Shown piece after piece: positions 1 through 10,015 of a stretch of 64,000 nt of DNA. The notes under the pieces were generated by a model. That model was given only the letters and a program-made list of their open reading frames with translations. It ran no database searches and was not told the origin of the DNA. This DNA is from an uncultured Gemmatimonadales bacterium (GTDB lineage: Bacteria > Gemmatimonadota > Gemmatimonadetes > Gemmatimonadales > Gemmatimonadaceae), in assembly GCA_963851265.1 (NCBI GenBank), contig CAWKNZ010000001.1, positions 1-64,000 of the forward strand. The letters are read 5' to 3'. Positions within the stretch are counted from its first letter, which is position 1. Each line of letters begins with the position of its first letter. The position numbers and the translations under genes are program-made.

Positions 1-161
1 CGTCATGACATGGCGGGCAGGATGCCACAGGCGCGCGCGCCTCCTTCGCAGGCCTTCGCCGCAGCATACCCACGCGGCCCTCCCAGCCTGGCCTGAGTCC
101 GATCGCCCGTCCGCAACGCTCCCAAGCCGCTGCTCTGATCCCCTCTGCCCAAGGCACAATC

Positions 162-1148
162 ATGATCCAATTGGTTTCAAAGGCCGCGCTGGCGTGCGCC
201 GGCCTGCTTGTTCTCCGCGCCCCCTCAGCCTCGGCGCACGCCGTCGCCGGCGCGCGCGTATTCCCGGTCACCTGACGATCGACGACCCCGGCGTGGCTGA
301 CGAGGCTTCGCTTCCGACGTTCAGCCTGTCAGCGTCGGCGCGAATGATGCGGATCCCGGGCCCGGCTACCAGTACAGACCTGCGGCGAGTTCGATAAGCG
401 CATCACCGAACGGCTCGGCGTCGCCATCAACGGCGGCTACACGATCCGAGCACCGCAGACGGCAAGACACAGACCGGCTTTCAGGACATCGTCGCCACCG
501 TGAAGTACCAGACCTCGTCGACGGCCCGCACGAGGCGATCGTCTCGCTCGGGGGTGATCCGGGAGTTCGGCCGCACCGGCACGGCGCACACCGGTGCCGA
601 CCAGTATGGCAGCACGACGCCCACGGTCTATTTCGGCAAGGGATTGGGCGACCTACCCCGGCCTGCCCTGCGCCCGTTCGCGATCACGGGACGGTCGGCT
701 ACACGGTCGCCGACAAGAAGCTGAAGGCGATCGGCGACGGCCGTCCGACCTCGGCGCGAACGCGAACGCGCGATCACCGGCATCGCCGGCGCAGCAGTTC
801 AACAACGGCTACTCGAACCGCTGGGTGGGCGGCCTCTCGCTGCAGTACAGCCTGCCGTACCTGCAGTCGCAGGTGCGGGATTACGGCCTGCCTGGTTCTT
901 CGACCGCCTCGATGCCGTTGGTCGAGGTCGCCTACTCGTCGCCCGCTCCAAGCCGAGCAACCTGGGCACGCAGCTCGTGGTCGCGCCCGGCGTGATCTAC
1001 CAGGGCGACAGCTTATCAGGTCGGGGTCGAGGCGCTGATCCCGGCGAACCGGGCTTCGGGCACGTTCGTGGGCGTCATCGCCCAATTCCATGTGTTCTTC
1101 GATGACCTGTTCCCGAACAGCCTCGGCAAGCCGCTCCTCGATTTCTGA
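162..1148 (+). pseudogene. Exported protein of a copper-resistance locus (possible outer-membrane protein), multiply frameshifted
   Basis: Joining frames gives a signal peptide MIQLVSKAALACAGLLVLRAPSASA, then HAVAGARVFPVTLTIDDPGVADEASLPTF ... GGLSLQYSLPYLQSQVRD ... FFDDLFPNSLGKPLLDF*. It lies directly upstream of copC. The frameshifts may be read errors. Confidence 0.6.
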
Positions 1149-1200
1149 GCGCGACCTCGCCCGCCAACCTCCTCAAAACGCATCCCTGACGGAGATACCC

Positions 1201-1566
1201 ATGCCTGCCATCCGACTTGCCGCCCTGATCCTGACTGCCAGCGTGGCCGTGTCCGGGCCAGCCCTGGCTCACGCCTTCCTCAAATCCGCAACGCCCTCCG
1301 TGGGGAGCACCCTCCAGGCAGCGCCCTCGAACATCGTCATAGACTACACCGAGGGGGTCGAGCCAAAGTTCAGCTCAATTGAAGTGCAGGATGCTGCCGG
1401 TGCCCGCGTGGACTCGGGTGCGGTGCAGACCACTGCTGGCGATAACAAACGCCTGACGGTCGGCCTGAAGCCACTGCAGCCCGGAACCTACAAGGTGACC
1501 TGGCACGTCACGTCCACGGACACGCACAAGACGGAAGGCACCTACACCTTCACCGTGACCCCTTAG
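1201..1566 (+). CDS. copC: Periplasmic copper-binding protein CopC
   Basis: Signal peptide ending ALA-HAFL (mature N-terminal His), GTYKVTWHVTSTDTHKTEG C-terminal motif, GGAGA RBS upstream. Confidence 0.92.
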   Translation: MPAIRLAALILTASVAVSGPALAHAFLKSATPSVGSTLQAAPSNIVIDYTEGVEPKFSSIEVQDAAGARVDSGAVQTTAGDNKRLTVGLKPLQPGTYKVTWHVTSTDTHKTEGTYTFTVTP

Positions 1567-1574
1567 GCGCGCCG

Positions 1575-3495
1575 ATGAACGGGGCGGCGCTGCCAGCATT
1601 CAACCTTGAGGGAGGGCTCACGCTCGCCCTCGTGCGCGGGCTGTCGGTCGCCGCCCTGCTTTCCGTCTTCGGATCATTGCTCTTCCGCACGGCGCTGGCG
1701 CCGCCCGTGCTGGCCCGCATGGAAGCGGACGAAGCCGCCACATTCCGGCGGCGCTGGCATGGCCTGTTCTGGTCGAGCTGGGCTGTCGCCATCCTGGCAA
1801 CGCTCGGCTGGCTGCTGCTGCAAGCCGCTTCGATGGCCAATGCGCCCAGCATCCTTGCCGGCGCGGCTGCCGTTCCGACCGTGCTGGCGGATACGCAGTT
1901 CGGCCATCTCGTGCTGCTGCAGCTCGCAGCACTGTTGCTGACCGCACTCGCGACGGGCCGAGGCAAAGCGACGCCCCTGGATCGCGACCGGTTTCGCGGC
2001 CATAGCGACGGCGCTGCAAGCCGGGCACAGCCATGCCGCCTCCATGTACGACGGGCCGAGTTTCCTGCTGGCTCGGAGCTGGTCCATCTGCTGGCAGCGG
2101 GGGCCTGGTTAGGCGGCCTGGCGCCCCTTCTGCTGCTGGTCACCGCGGCCCCGCCGTTGGCGGCTGCGTACGCCTCCCGCCGCTTCTCGCCCGTGGGCGT
2201 GGCGTGCGTGTTGCTGCTCGCCGATCACGGCGGGCTTCCAATTCTGGGAACTGATCGGAAGCCTGCCGGGCCTGATCGGCACGGGCTACGGGCTCATGGC
2301 GCTGCTCAAGCTCGTGTTGTTCGCCGCCTTGATCGGCCTGGCCGGCAGCAACCGTTTCCGTCTTACGCCCGCGCTCGGGACAGCTTCGGCCGCTCGCGCA
2401 AAGAGCCGCCTCGGCCGGAGCATCGCGATCGAAACCGGCGTCGGCTTGCTGGTGGTGCTCGCGGCTGGGGTGCTGACCAATTTGCCACCCGCCATGCACG
2501 TCCAGCCGGTGTGGCCGTTTGCGCAGCGGCCGAGCCTGGTGACCATCGAGGAGGACGCAGATTTCCGGCTGGTAGTCATCCAGGCCGGACTCGCCTTGGC
2601 CGGCGCCTTGGCTTTGCTGGTGGTCGCCGCATTGGCACGGCGCGTCCGCTGGCCGGCTGTCGCCCTGGCGGCCTAATCTCCTGGTTCGCCGTGCCACACC
2701 TCGGTCTCCTGCTGGTCGAGGCCTATCCGACCAGCTTCTATCGCTCGCCAACCGGCTTTGCGACAGCAAGCATCGCCGCCGGCGCCCGGCTCTATCCGCA
2801 GCACTGTGCCGCCTGCCACGGGGCGGCCGGCTACGGCGACGGACCTGCGGCAAAGGGGTTGCCGATCCCCCCTGCCGATCTGACCGCCGGCCATCTATGG
2901 ATGCACAGCGACGGCGAGATGTTCTGGTGGCTCTCCCACGGCATCGACGCCCCCGAGGGCGGGTTGGCGATGCCGGGCTTCGCCGCCGTGCTCTCGGACG
3001 ACGAACGATGGGATCTGATCGACTACATCCGCGCCCACAACGCCGGCACGACGATGGGCAGCACCGGAGCATGGTCGCCACCTGTTCAGGCGCCGGAGCT
3101 GCAAGCCACCTGCGGCGAACGAACCCTCACCCTGCATGACCTCAGGGGCCGTTTCATCCGGCTGGTGATCGGGGAGATTGCCGCCGGCTGCGGCAAGCCC
3201 CGATGTCGTCACCATCATCGCCGCTCCGGCCGCAACCTCCATGAACGCCGGAGCTTGCATTGCCGATGATGAAACCGTGCCGCTCGCGTACTCCCTGATT
3301 TCGGGCATCCCAAAGCAGGACATGCCTGGCACTCAATTCCTGATTGATGACAAAGGCTGGCTGCGGGTACTGCAAAAGCCTGGCACACCCGGAAGCTGGA
3401 CCGATGCAAGCACCTTGGGCGCCGAAATCAGCACGCTGCGCGCGCACCCAGTCGCCGCATCGTCTGCCGACGATCACATGAACATGCGGATGTAG
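1575..3495 (+). pseudogene. copD: CopD membrane domain fused to a c-type cytochrome and a C-terminal domain, frameshifted
   Basis: CopD motifs HLLAAGAWLGGL and LKLVLFAALIGLAGSNRFRLTP (second frame). Then AYPTSFYRSP, heme motif CAACH and HSDGEMFWWLSHG. The tail continues in ORF 3178-3495. Confidence 0.8.
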
Positions 3496-3499
3496 AGAC

Positions 3500-4132
3500 A
3501 TGGCGCCAACGAAGCCGGGCCGTGCCGCCCGCCGGAAAAGCCGCGATCGAGCATCTCTCGCGAAAATGGCTGGCCTGGTCGCCTTCCTGTTGCTGCTGGC
3601 GAGCGGCTATCTATGGCTGATCGGTGCGGGCACGCCGCCACGCACCGCTGCGATCGGCGGCCCGTTCCGGCTCGTCCAAGGCGACGGACACCCCGTCACC
3701 GACCGCAGCTTTCCCGGCAAATACCTGCTGATCTACTTTGGTTACACATCGTGCCGCGACGTGTGTCCGATGACGCTCACGAACGTTGCCGCCGCTCTCG
3801 ACGATCTCGGCACGAAGGCCGACCGGGTGCAGCCGCTGTTCATCACCGTCGATCCCGACCGGGATACCCCGTCCGTCGTGCAGGGCTATGCCAACCATTT
3901 CACGCCCAGGCTCGTCGGGCTGACGGGCGAGGTGAGCGAGGTTCGCAAGGTTGCCGACGAATACCGGGTCAGCAGCGTCCGTCACGGGGATGCGGGGTCC
4001 GCGCATTACGAGGTGGATCACAGCTCGGTCCTCTACCTGATGGGGCCGGATGGGCGCTTCATCGCCCCTATCCGAGCCGATGAATCTCCATCGGGGATGG
4101 CCCGGAGCATCGCCGGCCACCTATCCTCGTGA
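3500..4132 (+). CDS. SCO1/SenC family copper chaperone
   Basis: N-terminal TM helix, IGGPF, FGYTSCRDVCP (CxxxC), ITVDPDRD and YEVDHS (His ligand). Confidence 0.93.
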   Translation: MAPTKPGRAARRKSRDRASLAKMAGLVAFLLLLASGYLWLIGAGTPPRTAAIGGPFRLVQGDGHPVTDRSFPGKYLLIYFGYTSCRDVCPMTLTNVAAALDDLGTKADRVQPLFITVDPDRDTPSVVQGYANHFTPRLVGLTGEVSEVRKVADEYRVSSVRHGDAGSAHYEVDHSSVLYLMGPDGRFIAPIRADESPSGMARSIAGHLSS

Positions 4133-4163
4133 TGGATGACACGCACACGACGCGGGAGACGCC

Positions 4164-4673
4164 ATGATCCGGGCAATTCGAGGTATGGCCGAGGCGCGAG
4201 CAGCAGCAAAGGCCGGGCAACCTTCCCGGTTTGGGCTGGATCTGGCCCTGGTCCTGGCCGAAATCGCCGCGATGGCGGCCGGCGCCACACTGCTCGTCGA
4301 GGCGGTGCATCGCGTCAGGCGGGCGTCGAGGCAACCCGAATTCGGCTCGGCCTCACTCTGGTCGGCTTCGCGACCGGGTTCGAGCTGGTGGTGCTGGCCT
4401 GGTCGGCGGCGCGTCGGGGCATCTCCGAGGCGGTGGTGGCCGGCGTGGTGGGCAGCTTCGCCTACAACGCGACCATGACGCTCGGCGCCGGCGCGCTCGC
4501 CCGGCCGCTAGTGTGCTTGACGATGCCGCCGTGCTGCACGGGCCGCTACTGCTGATGTTGGGATCGCTGGCCCTGGTCATCGCCCTTGCTATGCGCGGGG
4601 CGGTCTCACGCCGCACGAAGGCACGATCCTGCTCGCGGCCTACCCAGTGTTCGTCTGGGTGCTGGCGGGCTGA
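4164..4673 (+). pseudogene. Sodium:calcium exchanger family fragment (one repeat), frameshifted
   Basis: GFATGFELVVLAWSAARRGISEAVVAGVVGSFAYNATMTLG resembles a CaCA alpha-repeat. Hydrophobic segments are spread over three frames. Confidence 0.6.
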
Positions 4674-4997
4674 AACGAAGGAGTATCTGCGTATGACAAG
4701 CATTACGGTGAGAACCCTGGTCTCATTGCGAAGCCAACTGCGCTTGCTCCCGTTCGGAACTACGACGATGCTTTTCCCCGCAGCGCTCCTCGTCGCGCCA
4801 CTGCGACCCTGACCCGCTTAAACCGCGAGGACGGCCTTGCTGCTCCCGGTTCGGCATCACCAATGCATCGGGACGGATATGCTGCTGTGAAGCCACCAGC
4901 GACTTTGTCGGCGACCGCACCGATGCCGAATGCTCCACGAGCGGATACGGGGGTGGACGGCGCCCACGCCTATCGACTTCCGGCCGCGATCAACCCG

Positions 4998-5426
4998 ATG
5001 ACACTACGCCGTTATTTTACCCTGCACGCTGCGGACCGCGAGGAGGTCGGCCGGTGCCGGGGCGCTGAGAACACGCTGGGCTTCGCCGTCAGCTCTGCGC
5101 CCTGCGCTGGCGCGGCCACTTCCTGCGCGACATGGCCGGTGTGCCTTCGGCCGCCGTTGAGGCTTTAGCCGAACAGGTCGGCCTTCTGCCGCTGGCGCTG
5201 CGGCGTCGCTGCAGAGCTACCCTGCCAGCGAGGACACCCGGCTCGACCACCATAAGCGCCTGCGCCGTCATCTCGGCTTCAGCCGTTGCGAGACAACCGA
5301 ACGTCAGCGCCTGCTCGACCACATGGCGGCCACGGCGCGATCCGTGCCGCGGGCGGCGACGCTATACCCGCTCGCCTGCCGATGGCTGCTGGAGCAGCGC
5401 GTGGTTCGCGCAGGCCAGCCAGGCCG
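4998..5426 (+). pseudogene. Tn3-family transposase N-terminal (DUF4158-like) fragment truncated by the IS
   Basis: LRRYFTLHAADREEVGRCRGAENTLGFAV(Q)LCALRWRGHFLRDMAGVPSAAVEALAEQVG read across frameshifts. It stops at the IS end. Confidence 0.7.
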
Positions 5427-5452
5427 TGACCCTGCCCCCTTTGTGCCCTCGT

Positions 5453-6295
5453 TCATAAGCAGAGTCCGTTCTCTGTATGCCCCTGGGTGGGGCGGGCTGC
5501 AAAGGCTTCTGGGGTGAGCCCGTCGAGGCTCGTGTGTGGCCGTTCCGTGTTGTAGTCGATCCTCCATGCTTCGATGATCCGGCGCGCCCCGGGCAGGCTG
5601 CCGAACAGGTGCTCGTTCAGGCATTCGTCGCGGAACCGGCCGTTGAAGCTTTCCACGAACCCGTTCTGCTGCGGCTTGCCCGGCGCGATGTAGTGCCACA
5701 GCACCGACCGCTCCTCCTGCCAGCGCAGCATCGCGTGTGACGTCAGCTCGGTGCCGTTGTCGCTGACCACCATCGCCGGATAGCCACGTAGCCCGGCGAT
5801 CCGGTCCAGCTCGCGGCCGACACGCACGCCCGACAACGAGGTGTCCGCCACCAGGCCCAGGCACTCGCGGCTGTAATCGTCCACCACCGCCAGCACTCGA
5901 AACCGACGCGCGCTGGCCAGCGCGTCCGACACGAAATCCAGCGACCAGCGCTGGTTCGGCCCCCTCGGCAACGCCATCGGCGCTCGCGTGCCCAAAGCTC
6001 GCTTCCGGCCGCCTCGCTTGCGCACCCCAAGCCGCTCCTCGCGGTAAATCCGGAACAGCCGCTTGTGGTTCAGCCGCATGCCCTGCCGCGTCAGCAGAAT
6101 GTGCAGGCGGCGATAGCCGAACCGCCGCCGCTCACGCAAGCGCTCGCAGCCGCGCCCGCACCTCGCCGTCGTCGGGCCGCTTGGAGGCATACCGGTAGGC
6201 CTTCGGCGCCAGGCCCACCAGCATGCACGCCCGCCGCTGCGAGTGGCTCTTCTGTAATCGCCCAGGTCGCGGCCACGCCGCGAGCCAGGCGTCAG
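5453..6295 (-). CDS. IS3 transposase OrfB (DDE), 5' part frameshifted
   Basis: RRRFGYRRL, WSLDFVSD, VVDDYSRE, SDNGTE, GKPQQNGFVESFNGRFRDECLNE, YNTERPHTSL. Confidence 0.9.
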   Translation of the reverse strand: MTPGSRRGRDLGDYRRATRSGGRACWWAWRRRPTGMPPSGPTTARCGRGCERLRERRRFGYRRLHILLTRQGMRLNHKRLFRIYREERLGVRKRGGRKRALGTRAPMALPRGPNQRWSLDFVSDALASARRFRVLAVVDDYSRECLGLVADTSLSGVRVGRELDRIAGLRGYPAMVVSDNGTELTSHAMLRWQEERSVLWHYIAPGKPQQNGFVESFNGRFRDECLNEHLFGSLPGARRIIEAWRIDYNTERPHTSLDGLTPEAFAARPTQGHTENGLCL

Positions 6296-6558
6296 AAGTT
6301 TTTTGCCAGCATCTCCTTCAGCGTCGACACGTCCAGCATCGACTCCGCCAAGAGCCGCTTCAGCTTCGCGTTCTCCTCCTCCAGCCCCTTCAGCTTGCGC
6401 GCGTCGGAGACCTCCATGCCGCCATACTTCGATCGCCACGTGTAGAACGTCGCGTCGCTGATGCCGTGCTTGCGGCACAGATCGGCCGCCGACGCGCCCG
6501 CCTGATGCTCCTTCAGCACGCCGATGATCTGCTCCTGCGTAAACCTTGACCGCTTCAT
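6292..6558 (-). CDS. IS3 transposase OrfA (HTH)
   Basis: MKRSRFTQEQIIGVLKEHQAG...CRKHGISDATFYTWRSKYGGM. It ends in the slippery GCA AAA AAC TTC TGA. Confidence 0.93.
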   Translation of the reverse strand: MKRSRFTQEQIIGVLKEHQAGASAADLCRKHGISDATFYTWRSKYGGMEVSDARKLKGLEEENAKLKRLLAESMLDVSTLKEMLAKNF

Positions 6559-7222
6559 CGTCCGTCTCCTGTCGACGGACCCTAACTTCAGAGCGGGGGC
6601 ATTTCAGGGGGCAAGGTCAGGGGCTACAATACAATCACTTTCGCAAGCCATTGTCGGCTTAGATCCCGGAGACGACAATCACTGGAACGCTTCCCTACCA
6701 TTACGGCCACCTCCGCAATCTATATTCGACGTGGTGTATCCGGCGTTGGCGGGATCGGATGCCATTGACCCGCGACGGCGACGCGCTCGTCCCGTGCTGG
6801 GTGCTCGGCAACCGAACGCCTGACGATACCTTTCGTGGCGGACGTCGCATTCCGCACCGGCGCACATCCTCGGTCGCGGGCTCGAGGCGCGACCGCAACT
6901 CGGCGCGAGCGGCCCCTCGATGAAGCCGTCCTCGCTGTAGCTGGCTCTCGGGTTTGAGCGCTGCAAAGATCTCTGAGACGCCGAATAGCGGTAAAACCTC
7001 GACATCGACCCTGATCGTCGGGCCGGGTCTATCGCTGCAGGCGGCCAAGAACACGTCCGCTATTGGGAACTTGATCCGACAGCCTGAGTGGCCGAAATTA
7101 ACGCAAAGCCGCCGGTTTGGAACAGGCTATCGTCCCGCAGGCCGCCTTGGCCAAAGTGAATCGTTCTATAGTGGCCGATTGACGGGAAGCATCGCTGCTG
7201 GCGGTCGATGCGTAGGTCGCCT

Positions 7223-8447
7223 TCACGGCGTCGAGCTTACACAAAAAGCCGCCCATGCCTCGTTCAAGTCGCGGCGTTTGTGGAACAGTCCCCACGACGA
7301 TATGCCGCTTCGACTTTGTCATCGATTACATGGGCCAACGCAATTTCTGAAACCTCGCTGGGAAAGGATGTACACTCGATAGCCCAGTCCTTAAAAGAGC
7401 TTCTAAAGCCATGAGTTGTAACATCCGGCCTTTTTAGCCGCTCTAGCACCTTCAGCATGGTATTATTGCTTAGCATTCCGGCTGATATATTGCCACGAAA
7501 AATTATTGCAGATCGATCGTCACTTTCACGAAGTTTACGCATCTTCAAAAGAACGGTCAATGCAGGTTTTGATAACGGTATCCTGAACTCTCGTTGTCCT
7601 TTCATTCGTTCGGCCGGTACCGTCCAAGTTCCTTCGTCTATATCGATTTCAGACCATGTGGCGCCCAACGTCATTCCAGTTCGACCAACTGTAAGAGCTG
7701 TAAATTCTAAACCCACTCCGACGCCTTTGGCATCTTGGATCTGTCGGAAAAATGCTGGCGTTCAGCATAGGGTAATGCGGCGTGGTGTTCCACCGGAGCA
7801 ACCTTCCGAGCGGCAGGCAATATCTGTCGTAGGTGATCGCGCCAGCGAGCAGGGTTTTCTCCTTTCCGATGTCCCCTGACTTTTTCTGCGTCCAATATCA
7901 TTTCTATTCGTGCTCGAACACGGGTTGCGGTTTCGGTCTTGGTGCGCCAGATCGGCTCAAGTGCCGCGAGCACGTGTTCAGTATCGACGCTTGCTACTGG
8001 AATGTCGCCGAAGTGAGGATAGACATAATTTTCCAACGAGGACGGCCATTGCCCGGCATGGATGCTATTCCGCCATTCGGCCTTTTTACCGGCGATAAAT
8101 TCCTTCGGCTGCCTGCCCGGAAATTCCAAGTCATCAGCGCGCTTTGCTGGGCAGCCGCTCGCGCCACTAAGGCAGCAGTATCCTTCTCAGCGAGGGGATC
8201 CATTCCGGCACGCACGGCCCGGTGAGTCCGCCGGCTTTGACCGCGCTTCCGCCAGGGTAACCGAATTCGCGCCGCGAGCGCGCCCAAGACCCATCTCTCG
8301 CAGACGACCTGAACGAGTGTATCGGAACACCCAAAATGCGGTATCGGCTGTCCGGACGAGCAAATAAAGCCCGTCGCCATCACCATACCGGCCGGGAGAT
8401 GCTGTCCGCACCTTGGCCGCCGTCAGTCCAGCCGCACGTATTGGCAC
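7223..8447 (-). pseudogene. P4-type tyrosine integrase with Arm-DNA-binding domain, frameshifted
   Basis: PGRYGDGDGLYLLV...REMGLG...VTLAEAR, then LEPIWRTKTETATRVRARIEMILD...NPARW, then WTVPAERMK...HGFRSSFKDW...ALAHVIDDKVEAAYRRGD. Visibly more AT-rich than its flanks. Confidence 0.9.
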
Positions 8448-8646
8448 CAGTCCGCTCCTCAGCCGCACGACGAGTAGCGTCATTCATGAAGCCAGCTAGA
8501 AATCGTCCCCCGCTCCGTCCCCTAATCATGCGCTCGAATGAACGAACGTTGCCGAATGCCGACGGCTATGAAAGCGTTAGGATCCAACGATTTCCAATTA
8601 TAATTAGATACTAGCAACCGCAGGCGAACGCTGGCGATATATGGAA

Positions 8647-8735
8647 TGGCGGAGAGGGTGGGAATCGAACCCACGGTAGGGGTTAACTACAACGGGACTC
8701 CAGACCGCCACCTTAAGCCGCTCGGCCACCTCTCC
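8647..8735 (-). tRNA. tRNA-Ser(GGA)-like, atypical anticodon arm
   Basis: Acceptor stem GGAGAGG/CCTCTCC, discriminator G plus encoded CCA, T arm GTGGG-TTCGATT-CCCAC, long variable arm, loop CT-GGA-GT. Confidence 0.8.
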
Positions 8736-8744
8736 GTGCACCGG

Positions 8745-8773
8745 GTTATAATCGCCGCGCACGGTGTCGGCAA
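8745..8773 (-). promoter_or_regulatory. Sigma70-type promoter of the tRNA
   Basis: On the minus strand TTGCCG-17 nt-TATAAC, 9 nt upstream of the tRNA 5' end. Confidence 0.65.
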
Positions 8774-9228
8774 TCAGCCGATCGCGCGCGCTATTCAGCT
8801 TTCGTTCATCTCTTGCCAATACATTGGAGCTTCCAAAAGGAGCCTGACGTGCTGCAAGACACATTCGTCGAGCCGTCCTACCAGCAATTGGTGGCCGCCG
8901 CGACGTTGCCGCGTACGTATTGCTCCTCGCCTACGCCGGGCTGGTGCGGGCGGCTCAGCTGTTCAATCGCCGCGGTGGACGGTGAGCGCGGTGGCCACGG
9001 AGTTGGAGCATTCGAGCGCGCAGGCCTTTTCGCGGCACCTGTTCTCGCGACTCGGGCTACGGCCGCGCGAGTTCGGCGGCGGTACGACGCCGCCGGAATG
9101 TTGGAGCGGTTCGCGGACGAGCTGCTCGTGCCTTACGCGGCGGTGCTCGCCGGGTTCGATCCGTTCGACGCTGGGCGGCCGGTCGCGGCGGGCGGGTCGC
9201 CGCTGGTCAGGTCGCCCCGGCGTGCCCA

Positions 9229-9831
9229 TCAGCGCGCCGCCCCGGCCCGTCCCGGTCGTAAACGTCCGAGTGCGCCGCGGATCGCCTTGTACGCCGCACG
9301 CACGAGGAGCCCGGTGACGAACACGACGGCGATGCCGAGCGTGAGGGCGATGTAGGGATGCTGGGTGGCCCCGATTGTGAGCGCGCCGAACAGTCCCAAT
9401 TCGGCGATGTTGGCCGCCCCGTTGGTGAACGGCTCCGGGCTCGTGTCGATGGCGACGCGTGCGCCAAGTTTGGTGACGTTGGTGCCGAGTGCGAGCGTGC
9501 CGCCCAGCAGTGCGGCGGCGAGCGCGATGCGGGGGTCGGCGTGGGAAACCGTTGCCGCGGCGATCGCCGCGCCGGCGACCGGGCGGATGGCGGCATGAAC
9601 GGTTTCCCAGAGCGACGCGACGCCGGGGATGAGGGTGGCCGCGAACTCGAGCGCGTAGAGAGCCGCGGCGAGTCCGAAGATCAGCGGGTTCCCGATCGGG
9701 GCGAGGCTGCCCGGCAGCGCGTCGATGTAGCCGAAGTGGGCCGCGGCGCCGAGGAGGGCGACCGTGCCGTAGGTGCTGATGCCGGCGGCGGTCGCGAGGG
9801 CAAGCGCCTGGGCGAAGAGGGCGGTGGGCAT
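9229..9831 (-). CDS. DUF4126 family membrane protein
   Basis: ALATAAGISTYGTVALLG, LEFAATLIPGVASLWETVHAAIRPVAGA, DTSPEPFTN. Confidence 0.8.
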   Translation of the reverse strand: MPTALFAQALALATAAGISTYGTVALLGAAAHFGYIDALPGSLAPIGNPLIFGLAAALYALEFAATLIPGVASLWETVHAAIRPVAGAAIAAATVSHADPRIALAAALLGGTLALGTNVTKLGARVAIDTSPEPFTNGAANIAELGLFGALTIGATQHPYIALTLGIAVVFVTGLLVRAAYKAIRGALGRLRPGRAGAAR

Positions 9832-10015
9832 GGGTCGGCCGGAGTGTGAAACGGAACGCCTCGGAACCGCTGACGGCGTGGCGCGCGCGAGATGCCGGAT
9901 GCTGGCCCGCGTTCTACCCGGAACACGTGCGACGCGTACCACGACCAGGACTGGACGACAGAGGGGGGAGCGCGATAGCGCTCCCCCCATGCTCGCGCGC
10001 CGTCGTCGCGACCGT

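Larger units (their letters stand above)
5427..6619 (-). mobile_element. IS3-family (IS407-group-like) insertion sequence, 1,193 bp
   Basis: Imperfect terminal IRs TGACCCTGCCCCCT (5427) and TGACCTTGCCCCCT (revcomp, ending 6619), enclosing orfA and orfB. Confidence 0.92.

Noticed and set aside
2108..2114. GTTAGGC in copD
   Set aside because: It is preceded by G rather than a pyrimidine and is a single copy in the foreign segment, so it was not counted with the host motif.
6620..7220. Possible gene between the IS and the integrase
   Set aside because: Only short overlapping ORFs in an error-rich region with no recognisable domain.
162..8447. Programmed frameshifting or wholesale pseudogenisation of island genes
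   Set aside because: Apart from the IS3 orfA/orfB site, the shifts are scattered and hit even the mobile genes, which fits low-quality sequence better.
1..8646. Second att site (tRNA 3' duplicate) of the island
   Set aside because: I found no second copy of CCCTCTCCGCCA, so the other end probably lies outside the window.
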